IMG/VR virus record: IMGVR_UViG_3300020043_003697
Location: 1-33,112 of that record
Reading direction: 5' to 3' (one strand)
Origin: a virus
Taxonomy: Duplodnaviria > Caudoviricetes
Length of the DNA: 33,112 bases
Part shown: positions 24,901 to 32,784 of the stretch, piece after piece
Numbering within the stretch: position 1 is the first letter of the stretch
Layout: each line of letters begins with the position of its first letter
Translations under genes and position numbers: made by a program
Notes under the pieces: generated by a model
What the model was told of the DNA's origin: nothing
What the model saw: the letters and a program-made list of their open reading frames with translations, nothing else
The model's database searches: none

Positions 24901-26331
24901 ATGGGATTATTAGATTTTAATTTTGAAGACCCGAGAAATCTTGGTTTATTACGCGCTGGCGCTGGCATGATGGCTCAAGCTGGCGACACAAGCAAGCCTT
25001 TTGGAATGGGTCAAGCTATCGCGTATGGTATGGATACTTACGCTAATACTCTTGAGGCTGATAAAAAACGCAAATTAGAAGAACAATTAGCGCAACAAAA
25101 AATATTTGAAACTCAAGAAAATAATCTATATACGCGTAATTTAAGGCAAGCGCAACAGGAAGAATTACAACAAAAAACAGCGGGTATGCTTGCAAAGCAA
25201 AATACTATTAAGGAATTGAAAGCTAAAGTTGCTGAAAATCCTAACTATACGCCAACGGCATTTGAACTATTAGCGCTAGGCGATACTAGTGCATTTAAGC
25301 CAAAAGAAAATAGATATTTTGAGCCAATGCTAGTTAAAAACAATGAAGGTAAATTTGTTTATGTCCAACCAAGCACAGGAGGCGGAACAAAAGAATTTGC
25401 CTATAGTCCTGTTGGCAATTTTAAATATGTAAGAGGTGGCCCTGAGACGCCTGATATACGCATTGATTTATTAACTAATGAAGCAGAGCAAGTAAGATTA
25501 AAAGAATCTCCAACATTTAATGCCACTGGCAATGCTCCACCATTACCAACATTGCCATCATTTAATCAACCTACCACGCAACCAACTGTAACCGGTCAAT
25601 CTGCATTTAATATTCCATTGCCATCTGGATTGCCAACGGGATTGCAAAGTACGCAAACAATGCCAGAGCAGCCACAGGGCAAACCGAGTGGAATATTTAG
25701 AACGACACCAGAAAAGAAAATGCCTGAACAGGATGAATTAAAATATAGAACTCAAATAGCCAATGATTATGGTGCTTTAGAAAGCGTAAAGAGTGGCACA
25801 GTATCAATAAAAAAAGCTGTTGACGAGTTACTTAAAAACGAAAAGGGAGTTCAAGGGATTACAGGTTTGCAAACTGATATTTATAGTTTTCCTAATAGCG
25901 CAGCCGCAAAAGCTGAGGTTGCATTGCAAGCGGTAAAAGGAAAAATTACAAAATTAGGTAAAGATGCAGCCTCGCAAAGTGGCGCACTTGGTGCTATATC
26001 TAGAGATGAATGGAAAATTATGTCAGATATGGTAGCCGCAATTGATCAAAGAAAAGGAAAAGATGCGTTTGTTAAGCAAATTAACAATGTTGTCGAATAT
26101 GCAGAAGATTTAGAAAAAAGGATGGGTGATGTATATAGAAAACAATATGAGCAAGATTTTCAAAAATACCCACAATTTAGCTTAAGTAAATCAGATGAAC
26201 CTACGGCAGCCAATACCGACAAAGTAATGACTATGGCTGATGTTAATGCAACTGCTAAAAGTAGAGGGATTACAGTTCAGCAAGTTATAGATAAAGCTAA
26301 AGCGGCAGGTTATCAAATAGGGGGGCAATAA
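24901..26331 (+). CDS. Putative ejection protein 2
   Basis: 476 aa; coiled coils and a Pro-rich linker; gene position. Confidence 0.7.
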   Translation: MGLLDFNFEDPRNLGLLRAGAGMMAQAGDTSKPFGMGQAIAYGMDTYANTLEADKKRKLEEQLAQQKIFETQENNLYTRNLRQAQQEELQQKTAGMLAKQNTIKELKAKVAENPNYTPTAFELLALGDTSAFKPKENRYFEPMLVKNNEGKFVYVQPSTGGGTKEFAYSPVGNFKYVRGGPETPDIRIDLLTNEAEQVRLKESPTFNATGNAPPLPTLPSFNQPTTQPTVTGQSAFNIPLPSGLPTGLQSTQTMPEQPQGKPSGIFRTTPEKKMPEQDELKYRTQIANDYGALESVKSGTVSIKKAVDELLKNEKGVQGITGLQTDIYSFPNSAAAKAEVALQAVKGKITKLGKDAASQSGALGAISRDEWKIMSDMVAAIDQRKGKDAFVKQINNVVEYAEDLEKRMGDVYRKQYEQDFQKYPQFSLSKSDEPTAANTDKVMTMADVNATAKSRGITVQQVIDKAKAAGYQIGGQ

Positions 26332-27986
26332 TGGCTGGTCGTGATTTTTCCGCAGAATTATTTCCTGAAAACGCACCACAAGGAAAAGATTTTTCTAGTG
26401 AACTATTTCCTGAAAGTGTTAAGCCTAGTCTAACAAGATCAGATCAATTTACAAAAGGCTTGCGCGATCCAATTGACGCAGGAGCGCAATTATTAACAAA
26501 TGTATTGTCAAAATCTGTTGTTAGTGCAGGTAATTTAATAAATAATTGGTTAGCCAATAAAACTGGATTGGTTGGAAAACTGCCAGAGGGTGGCGTTGAT
26601 CAATTAGTTAGAAGTGCTGAACAACAATACGAGACGCAAAGAAAAGCGCAAGGCGATGTTGGCATTGATTGGTACAGAATGCTTGGAAATATAGCCAGTC
26701 CAGCAAATTTAGCAATAGCAAGCAAAATGCCTCAAGCATTAAGTTTGGCCGGTAAGGTTGGGACTGGTGTTATTGGCGGTAGTGCTTCAGGTGCGCTAAC
26801 CCCAGTTAGTGAGGGTGATTTTATTCCTGAAAAGTTAAAGCAAATTAGCCTTAGTGGATTCACTGGCGGTATTTTACCGGCACTAACTTCCGCAGGTGGA
26901 AGAATAATTAATCCAAACGCATCAAAAAATGCACAACTTGCATTATTAAAATCAGAAGGAATACAACCTACTATTGGACAAAGTTTAGGTGGTTTTGCTA
27001 ATAGATTTGAAGAAAAATTAACAAGTGTTCCAATTTTAGGTGATGCCATAGCAGCGGCTAGAACTCGTGGCAATACGCAATTTGAAAAAGCGGCATACGA
27101 TAGAGCTTTAGCGCCAATTGGGAAAAGTTTACCCGCTGGTGTAAGTGGTCGCGATGCTGTTGATTTTGCGCAAAAAGAATTATCAAATCAATATAACGCA
27201 GTGTTAAATAAAATTGGGGCAATAAAACCAGATCAATTGTTTAATGAAAATGTTTTAAAATTGAATAATATGGTAAATAGCCTTGGCATACCAAAAAGTG
27301 AAAAAGATAAATTTGCAATGACAATAAATAACATTGCATCATCAATAGATGACAATAATGTTATTACTTCAGATGCCTATAAATTGTTAGAGTCACGATT
27401 AACTAGCACTGCAAAAAAATTATATTCGTCGTCAAATATATATGAAGGGGAAATTGCGCCAGCGGTTAAGCAATTAAAAAAAGAATTAACCGATATGCTT
27501 AAAAGACAAGCAGGAGAAAATGCAGATGAGCTTAAATCTGTAAATACTGGGTGGGCTAATTTTAAAAGGGCGCAAAAAGCATCCAGTTTCTTAGGCGCAG
27601 AAGGTGGAGAATTCACCCCGTCACAATATTTAAATGCCGTTAAATCACTAAGTAATATAAATCAGTTTGCAAAAGGCTCTGCGTTAAACCAAGATTTGGC
27701 TGACGCTGGAAAAATAATACTTGGCAATAAAATTCCGGACAGTGGAACGGCTGGCAGACTTGCCTTAGGATTAGGCGGGTTGGGTGCTGGCGCATTTAAT
27801 ATTGGAATACCAATTAGCTTGCTTGGTGGCGCATCTTTATATACTCCACAAGCGCAACGAGGATTAAATTGGCTTATTTCATCACGGCCTGAATCCGCAA
27901 AAACAGCAGCTAATATTTTGCAAAGAACAACTCCATTTGTTGTGCCAGCTAGTAGTCAAATAAGTTCAGGACTTTTAGATTATTAA
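26331..27986 (+). CDS. Putative ejection protein 3
   Basis: 551 aa; Gly-rich hydrophobic segments; PDSGTAGR motif near the C-terminus. Confidence 0.7.
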   Translation: MAGRDFSAELFPENAPQGKDFSSELFPESVKPSLTRSDQFTKGLRDPIDAGAQLLTNVLSKSVVSAGNLINNWLANKTGLVGKLPEGGVDQLVRSAEQQYETQRKAQGDVGIDWYRMLGNIASPANLAIASKMPQALSLAGKVGTGVIGGSASGALTPVSEGDFIPEKLKQISLSGFTGGILPALTSAGGRIINPNASKNAQLALLKSEGIQPTIGQSLGGFANRFEEKLTSVPILGDAIAAARTRGNTQFEKAAYDRALAPIGKSLPAGVSGRDAVDFAQKELSNQYNAVLNKIGAIKPDQLFNENVLKLNNMVNSLGIPKSEKDKFAMTINNIASSIDDNNVITSDAYKLLESRLTSTAKKLYSSSNIYEGEIAPAVKQLKKELTDMLKRQAGENADELKSVNTGWANFKRAQKASSFLGAEGGEFTPSQYLNAVKSLSNINQFAKGSALNQDLADAGKIILGNKIPDSGTAGRLALGLGGLGAGAFNIGIPISLLGGASLYTPQAQRGLNWLISSRPESAKTAANILQRTTPFVVPASSQISSGLLDY

Positions 27987-27992
27987 GAGAAT

Positions 27993-28472
27993 ATGACTAA
28001 CAAAATAACTTTAAGATTCACCACAAAATGGCCACCTAATCCGATTAGCAAAATTATTGGCTTTTTTGGTGGATCGAAGTTATTTTCGCATTGTTTTATT
28101 ATTATAGACAACCTTGCTTACGAATCAACAATGATATACGGATGTAGGGTTGTCGATCTAAAAATTGCGATGAAAGGAGTTGCATATTATCAAGATATGA
28201 CAATTCCAATTAAAAACAAAAAATTAGCTATTAAATTTGGTGATTTGCAAAACGGGAAAGCATATGATTATGCAGGCGCATTTGGTTTGCCGTTTTTATC
28301 ATCTGAAAATTGGGCTGACGATGACAAGTGGTGGTGTTCTGAACACAATTTCATGATGCTTGGCGCTGGTGGAGTTTGGCTACTTGACCCAGAAGTATAT
28401 AAAAGAATTACTCCAGCGCATTTATTGATGTGTAATTATCCGAAGTCAAAAATTAAAAAATATGTTGAATAA
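27993..28472 (+). CDS. Permuted papain-like NlpC/P60 (YiiX/YebB-like) protein
   Basis: N-terminal FSH, then GKAYDY, then C-terminal WWCSE (His before Cys order). Confidence 0.75.
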   Translation: MTNKITLRFTTKWPPNPISKIIGFFGGSKLFSHCFIIIDNLAYESTMIYGCRVVDLKIAMKGVAYYQDMTIPIKNKKLAIKFGDLQNGKAYDYAGAFGLPFLSSENWADDDKWWCSEHNFMMLGAGGVWLLDPEVYKRITPAHLLMCNYPKSKIKKYVE

Positions 28473-28618
28473 TTTAATAAAACCATCCTTGTGACGTTGC
28501 GAGCGCACAAGGATGTATTGCAAGTTCATCCAACCACGGATTTTACCACTAACTTTTAATAATTATGCGCTGAATTAATTAAGTGCATAACTGTCAAATT
28601 TAACGGGTAGGGGTAGAC

Positions 28619-28966
28619 ATGTCTTTTAAAAAGAAAATAGAAGCAGAGGATGAAATGAGTCAAAAAACCAAAGAGTGGTTATCACAATTTACCGATTGGG
28701 CAATAAAATTAATGATTGTCGGTATTTTTGGGTTTGGCTACAACATGCAAAGAACACAAAATGAAATTGTTACTCAAATGGCCCTTAATATGCAAAGTAA
28801 TGAAGCGCGTGTTCTCGCTGTAGAAAAAGATGTTCAAGTTATTAAGGCTAACATGGTATCAAATGAGCGATTTTTGGATGTGCTTAAGAAAGTAGAGCAA
28901 CAATTAACGATTGTGTTGTTGCAATCTGGCATTAAACAAAAAATTGCGTTGGTTGAAGAAAAATGA
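28619..28966 (+). CDS. Single-TM membrane protein (holin/antiholin candidate); alternative start at 28655
   Basis: WAIKLMIVGIFGFGY TM segment followed by a coiled coil; overlaps the endolysin start; GAGG precedes ATG 28655. Confidence 0.55.
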   Translation: MSFKKKIEAEDEMSQKTKEWLSQFTDWAIKLMIVGIFGFGYNMQRTQNEIVTQMALNMQSNEARVLAVEKDVQVIKANMVSNERFLDVLKKVEQQLTIVLLQSGIKQKIALVEEK

Positions 28967-29382
28967 TTAATTCGCGAGATTTAAGCGCATTATTACCTGT
29001 TGTTGGAGGTAAAGCAATTGCATTCATAGATGGTTGTAAGGCGGCAGGAATAGACGTATTAATTACATGCACTTATCGAGACGATGAGTCACAGAATTCG
29101 CTATACGCGCAAGGTAGGACGGCCCTAGGCAAGATTGTTACTAATGCGAAAGCTGGCGAATCATGGCATAACCATCGATGCGCTTTTGACTTTGTTCCTA
29201 TAGTAAACGGTAAGGCACAATGGAATGATTTGGAATTATTTAAGCGATGTGGTGAGATAGCTGAATCTGTAGGGCTTGAGTGGTCAGGCAGGTGGAAAGG
29301 CAAGTTTAGAGAAATGGCGCATTGTCAATATACAGGTGGGTTAACTTTAGCTGATTTACAAAATGGCAAGGTAATAACATGA
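28963..29382 (+). CDS. Endolysin, M15 family (L-Ala-D-Glu peptidase-like)
   Basis: TYRDDESQNSLYAQGRT, VTNAKAGESWHN..AFDF and EMAHCQ zinc-peptidase motifs. Confidence 0.9.
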   Translation: MINSRDLSALLPVVGGKAIAFIDGCKAAGIDVLITCTYRDDESQNSLYAQGRTALGKIVTNAKAGESWHNHRCAFDFVPIVNGKAQWNDLELFKRCGEIAESVGLEWSGRWKGKFREMAHCQYTGGLTLADLQNGKVIT

Positions 29383-29585
29383 AATTAATTGATGAATGGA
29401 AGTCAGCATGGCGTTATCTTAGCGTTCAGGCTAATGCAATTGGTAGTGCAATGGCTATTGGCTATGCAAGCATGTACGATCATTTAAAAGAGAATTTTCC
29501 ACCTGAGTACATGGCAGGAATAACCGCGATTGTGTTTGTGCTTGGAATCATTGGGCGTTTAGTATCACAACAAAAAGACAAATAA
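29379..29585 (+). CDS. Holin-like protein with two TM segments (68 aa)
   Basis: MKLIDEWKSAWRYLSVQ...IIGRLVSQQ; two hydrophobic segments; adjacent to the endolysin. Confidence 0.75.
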   Translation: MKLIDEWKSAWRYLSVQANAIGSAMAIGYASMYDHLKENFPPEYMAGITAIVFVLGIIGRLVSQQKDK

Positions 29586-29589
29586 AATA

Positions 29590-29618
29590 TTGCATTATAA
29601 AAAATTGTTGCATATAAT
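29590..29618 (+). promoter_or_regulatory. Near-consensus sigma70 promoter
   Basis: TTGCAT (29590-29595), 17-nt spacer, TATAAT (29613-29618). Confidence 0.8.
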
Positions 29619-29623
29619 AATTC

Positions 29624-29985
29624 TTGTCAGTGGGGAGCGCTGATGATAAACTTTGATTAAAGCCGTTTAATAGTCTGTTTTCACGATGATTTTCATCACT
29701 TGCTCCCCAAGGAAAGCAGATTATTAAACGGCTTTTCTGTTTTTGGGTACTGTTCGCCACCTGACAAAGCAATGCGCCATGACACGGCGGCTAACAATAA
29801 AAGTGTTGCGCTTACTCACAAGACGGCGCGTTGGGCTTCGATGGGCATCAACAGGAACAGAGTAAATAGGTGATATGAGCGATTAGGCCGCGTAACGGTC
29901 ACTCTGGAAATAGAACATCGTGCGCGAGCAAGAACCACGGCAAATGGTTAAAGATGGTGTAGTTCACCTTCTTGTCTTGTGTGTT
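29624..29985 (+). ncRNA. Candidate large structured non-coding RNA (unassigned family)
   Basis: No credible ORF; starts at the expected TSS; many complementary segments with G-U wobbles favouring the plus strand (see findings). Confidence 0.6.
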
Positions 29986-30012
29986 GTCTTAAATAAAGCA
30001 AACTAACCTTAT

Positions 30013-30522
30013 ATGATTGCAATAATTTGGCATTTCCTGCGAACCATCAACCCACGTGTTTATCTTGGCATTGCTTTGTGTATCGCTACGTTATACGGCT
30101 TCCATATTCTCAAATCGAGATATATAGAGGAAGGAAAAGCGGCTGTATATCAAGAATGGAAAATAGCAGATTTAAAACGTAAAGAGCAAGAGAATAGCGA
30201 CCGTATCGCAGAGCAGCAGCACCAAGCGGCAATTAATCAACAAGTAAAAAAGGAATTAGAAAATGAAATCAATAAAATACATACTTCCTACGCTAATCTT
30301 AAGCGGCTGCGCTTGCCAAAATCCACCTGCGTCCAACCTGACAGCGTTACCACTGCCGCAGGCTCCAGCATCGCTAATGAAGCCACTGCCACCACCATTG
30401 CACTTCCAGAACCGATTGAACGCAATCTTTACGAACTAATGCAAGAGGTCGACACAATGTTAAGCAATTATCGTGCGTTGCAAGAGTTTGTAAAGTTAAA
30501 TAATTTAGCGCCTAACTTTTAA
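30013..30522 (+). CDS. Rz: Rz-like inner-membrane spanin
   Basis: N-terminal TM segment, coiled coil, RLRLP motif; contains an embedded lipoprotein gene. Confidence 0.8.
   Translation: MIAIIWHFLRTINPRVYLGIALCIATLYGFHILKSRYIEEGKAAVYQEWKIADLKRKEQENSDRIAEQQHQAAINQQVKKELENEINKIHTSYANLKRLRLPKSTCVQPDSVTTAAGSSIANEATATTIALPEPIERNLYELMQEVDTMLSNYRALQEFVKLNNLAPNF
30263..30439 (+). CDS. Rz1: Rz1-like outer-membrane spanin lipoprotein embedded in Rz (58 aa)
   Basis: Hand-translated +1 frame MKSIKYILPTLILSGC-ACQNPPASNLTALPLPQAPASLMKPLPPPLHFQNRLNAIFTN; lipobox LSGC; Pro-rich; AAGGA SD. Confidence 0.85.
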   Translation: MKSIKYILPTLILSGCACQNPPASNLTALPLPQAPASLMKPLPPPLHFQNRLNAIFTN

Positions 30523-30967
30523 AAGTTCTTAATAATTCGCTTAATTCTTCATTGGTAATTCTAGCTATATATTTTTTAGATAGTTCATCCCTTTGCGATT
30601 TAATGCAATTTGGTTTTGCACATGTGTAATCGCACCAGTGATAATCTTTGTCTGGATTATTAACTACTTGCTTAACTGGGCTTTTTTGTAAGTCAGTTAA
30701 TTTTTTTGGTTTGTCTAAATTATTTGAAACCAATGCAGCGTAACCCTCAATATCATGCCACGAATCAAAATTATTTGAATTTCCATTTATAATTCTAGCA
30801 ATCTTATGCACAATCATCTCCAGCGATTCTTTTTTGTCATGCGTTAAAGTTGACCAATTTTTGGAACTACGCATGACGTTTTTTAATGCTTGCGATATAG
30901 TGGACTGACCAGAATAATTACCATATTGAGACGATCTTTCTTGTATTGTATCCTTAATATTTTTCAT
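30512..30967 (-). CDS. DUF6378-like protein
   Basis: ERSSQYG...HKIARIING...DSWHDIEGYA motif (family recalled, not searched). Confidence 0.7.
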   Translation of the reverse strand: MKNIKDTIQERSSQYGNYSGQSTISQALKNVMRSSKNWSTLTHDKKESLEMIVHKIARIINGNSNNFDSWHDIEGYAALVSNNLDKPKKLTDLQKSPVKQVVNNPDKDYHWCDYTCAKPNCIKSQRDELSKKYIARITNEELSELLRTFKS

Positions 30968-31213
30968 TTAATCCTCGAAATATTCTGTAAGTTCTTTAAG
31001 CATTTCAATCAATTGCAAGCAATCATCTAAATCCATTTCCCCTACACATTCAAGCAATATTCGCTTGCCTTTAAATGTTTTAATAAGACTAATGTTGGTG
31101 CGTGAGTTATCAGTATAAAAATCTTGGTTTTGCTTTAATTGCGGCTTTATATGCTCATATTCAAGCATTTTTTGTTTTTCAAGCATTTTTAAAATGCGTT
31201 TATCTAAATTCAT
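30968..31213 (-). CDS. Hypothetical protein (81 aa)
   Basis: ORF track; TAAATG coupling to the next gene. Confidence 0.6.
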   Translation of the reverse strand: MNLDKRILKMLEKQKMLEYEHIKPQLKQNQDFYTDNSRTNISLIKTFKGKRILLECVGEMDLDDCLQLIEMLKELTEYFED

Positions 31214-31254
31214 ATTTTATAAAGTTTAAGCGTTTTTTTAATTTGCGATCTGTT

Positions 31255-31719
31255 TTAGTTCCCACGTAAATCATCAACAAAATTATTAGGTATATCTTTC
31301 CACGCTTCAGTGCCACGCTTTACCATTTTGTCAAATTCTTTTGCGTTAAATACGTTTTGTTGTTTGCTATATAGTAAAGCGGCTTTCCACCATTTCCACG
31401 CTTGATCTACCCAGATAAACTTATATCCGTCTCCGTTACGTTCTAGTGATTTGTTTTTTAAATTTCCTTCTCCAGCTATCAATTCAAAAGCCTGGCGATC
31501 CTTTTCGTTGCTTAACTTTGATGTTTCTTGCCATAATTTGACCGCTGCAAGTGCATGACGTGCATTAAGTACGGCTTTTGCTTGCGTTCGGATTAGTACG
31601 TCAATATTTTGGTTATTTGTTGCTTCTTGCAATTCTTCATTTATTGCTTCAGAAATACCACCGCCAGAATTAAGAAAATTATTTAATGCGTCGATTAATG
31701 TTTGTGTTGTATCAGTCAT
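31255..31719 (-). CDS. Hypothetical protein (154 aa)
   Basis: ORF track; TAAATG coupling to the upstream gene. Confidence 0.7.
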   Translation of the reverse strand: MTDTTQTLIDALNNFLNSGGGISEAINEELQEATNNQNIDVLIRTQAKAVLNARHALAAVKLWQETSKLSNEKDRQAFELIAGEGNLKNKSLERNGDGYKFIWVDQAWKWWKAALLYSKQQNVFNAKEFDKMVKRGTEAWKDIPNNFVDDLRGN

Positions 31720-32007
31720 TTACTCTCTCCAATCCTTTGGTAGTGCCATTTTCACGACATTTTTGCCAAAACGCATTTCAACAGTATTCGGTGGCAGTGA
31801 TGGGTCAATGTAGACTTTGCATCCTGCAAAAAATCCATCGCCACCAATAACCGCCTCTTTAATAGCCGCGTCTTTCTTTCCTTGCTCGTATGCTTGCTTA
31901 AGTTTGGCGTCTATGAGGTCAACAAGTTTTTTATAATTCTTATATTTTAATTTGTAACGAAGCGCCAATACCATAAAATCTACTTCATCAATTGTTAATT
32001 TTTTCAC
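31720..32007 (-). CDS. Hypothetical protein (95 aa, GTG start); possibly N-terminally truncated
   Basis: AAGGA before the GTG; an in-frame upstream ATG-AAT-TAA lies at 32062-32070. Confidence 0.65.
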   Translation of the reverse strand: MKKLTIDEVDFMVLALRYKLKYKNYKKLVDLIDAKLKQAYEQGKKDAAIKEAVIGGDGFFAGCKVYIDPSLPPNTVEMRFGKNVVKMALPKDWRE

Positions 32008-32070
32008 ATTTTTCCTTTTATGCCCTGATTTTTTGCAATCTCCGCCGCAGCTTGAACATTGTTAATTCAT

Positions 32071-32421
32071 TTACTCCTCGTCTACTAATATCATTTGAAC
32101 CGGTCCAGCCACAACATTAATTACAAGTGCGGCAGCTTCTTTTTCGGCAAGTTCTTTTGTATCTTCCGGCGTCGAAATAAATAAACTTCCACCTAACCAA
32201 AACGGGAAGCACCACATTTCGCGTTGCTTTGGTTTCATGCGTATTTTTTCGCTATCAATTTGCAATAATCTTATATCGTAGTAAAGACCTCCATCTTCTT
32301 GTAAAACAGCATGTGTGCCAGTCCTAGTTAAGCCTACAAAATGGGTATCTATCCAATTATCATTTTTAAAGAACTGCACCACATCGCCACGCCTTGCGGC
32401 GTCTAAATTAAATTTGCTCAT
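32071..32421 (-). CDS. Hypothetical protein (116 aa)
   Basis: Start MSKFNLDAARRGD follows an AAGGA SD. Confidence 0.7.
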   Translation of the reverse strand: MSKFNLDAARRGDVVQFFKNDNWIDTHFVGLTRTGTHAVLQEDGGLYYDIRLLQIDSEKIRMKPKQREMWCFPFWLGGSLFISTPEDTKELAEKEAAALVINVVAGPVQMILVDEE

Positions 32422-32425
32422 GTTG

Positions 32426-32734
32426 TTATCCTTTAAAATCAGGCCAAGCAATTGTAAAAATATCGTCCATTTGTTGCGCGAGTGATATTATTTTTTGCGT
32501 ACATGTGCCTATTTGTTCAATAATAGAATTGGCAGAATCCAAAAGATTATCAACATTTTGCGGGACATCATTAAATTTTGGCTGCATTCTTGCACAGATT
32601 AAAGTTGTGCAAGACGTTAAACTTTGATTTAAGTCACACAATAATTTCTTTTGTAATTTTTGCTCCTTCAATAATATTGAGTATTTTCCTCTTGCAATTA
32701 AAATTTCGTCACTGTAATCTTTAAAATCTATCAT
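32426..32734 (-). CDS. Hypothetical coiled-coil protein (102 aa)
   Basis: ORF track; operon position. Confidence 0.65.
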   Translation of the reverse strand: MIDFKDYSDEILIARGKYSILLKEQKLQKKLLCDLNQSLTSCTTLICARMQPKFNDVPQNVDNLLDSANSIIEQIGTCTQKIISLAQQMDDIFTIAWPDFKG

Positions 32735-32784
32735 AATTTATATTTTGCAAAGTTATTAAACAATTTAAAATTGCGGTTTTTAAT

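Noticed and set aside
8309-29303. Numerous antisense and alternative-frame ORFs within structural genes (e.g. 22428-22994, 26732-27073)
   Set aside because: Shadow ORFs of well-supported plus-strand genes, with no SD or motif support.
29548-29772. 74-aa minus-strand ORF in the holin-Rz gap
   Set aside because: Antisense to a strong promoter, overlaps the holin, no SD; G-U wobbles favour a plus-strand RNA.
29624-29990. tRNA, tmRNA, RNase P RNA, group I intron or retron msr-msd identity
   Set aside because: No T-arm/CCA end and no GAGGAAAGUCC-type core; no interrupted gene on either side; no RT in the genome. An Rfam search is still needed.
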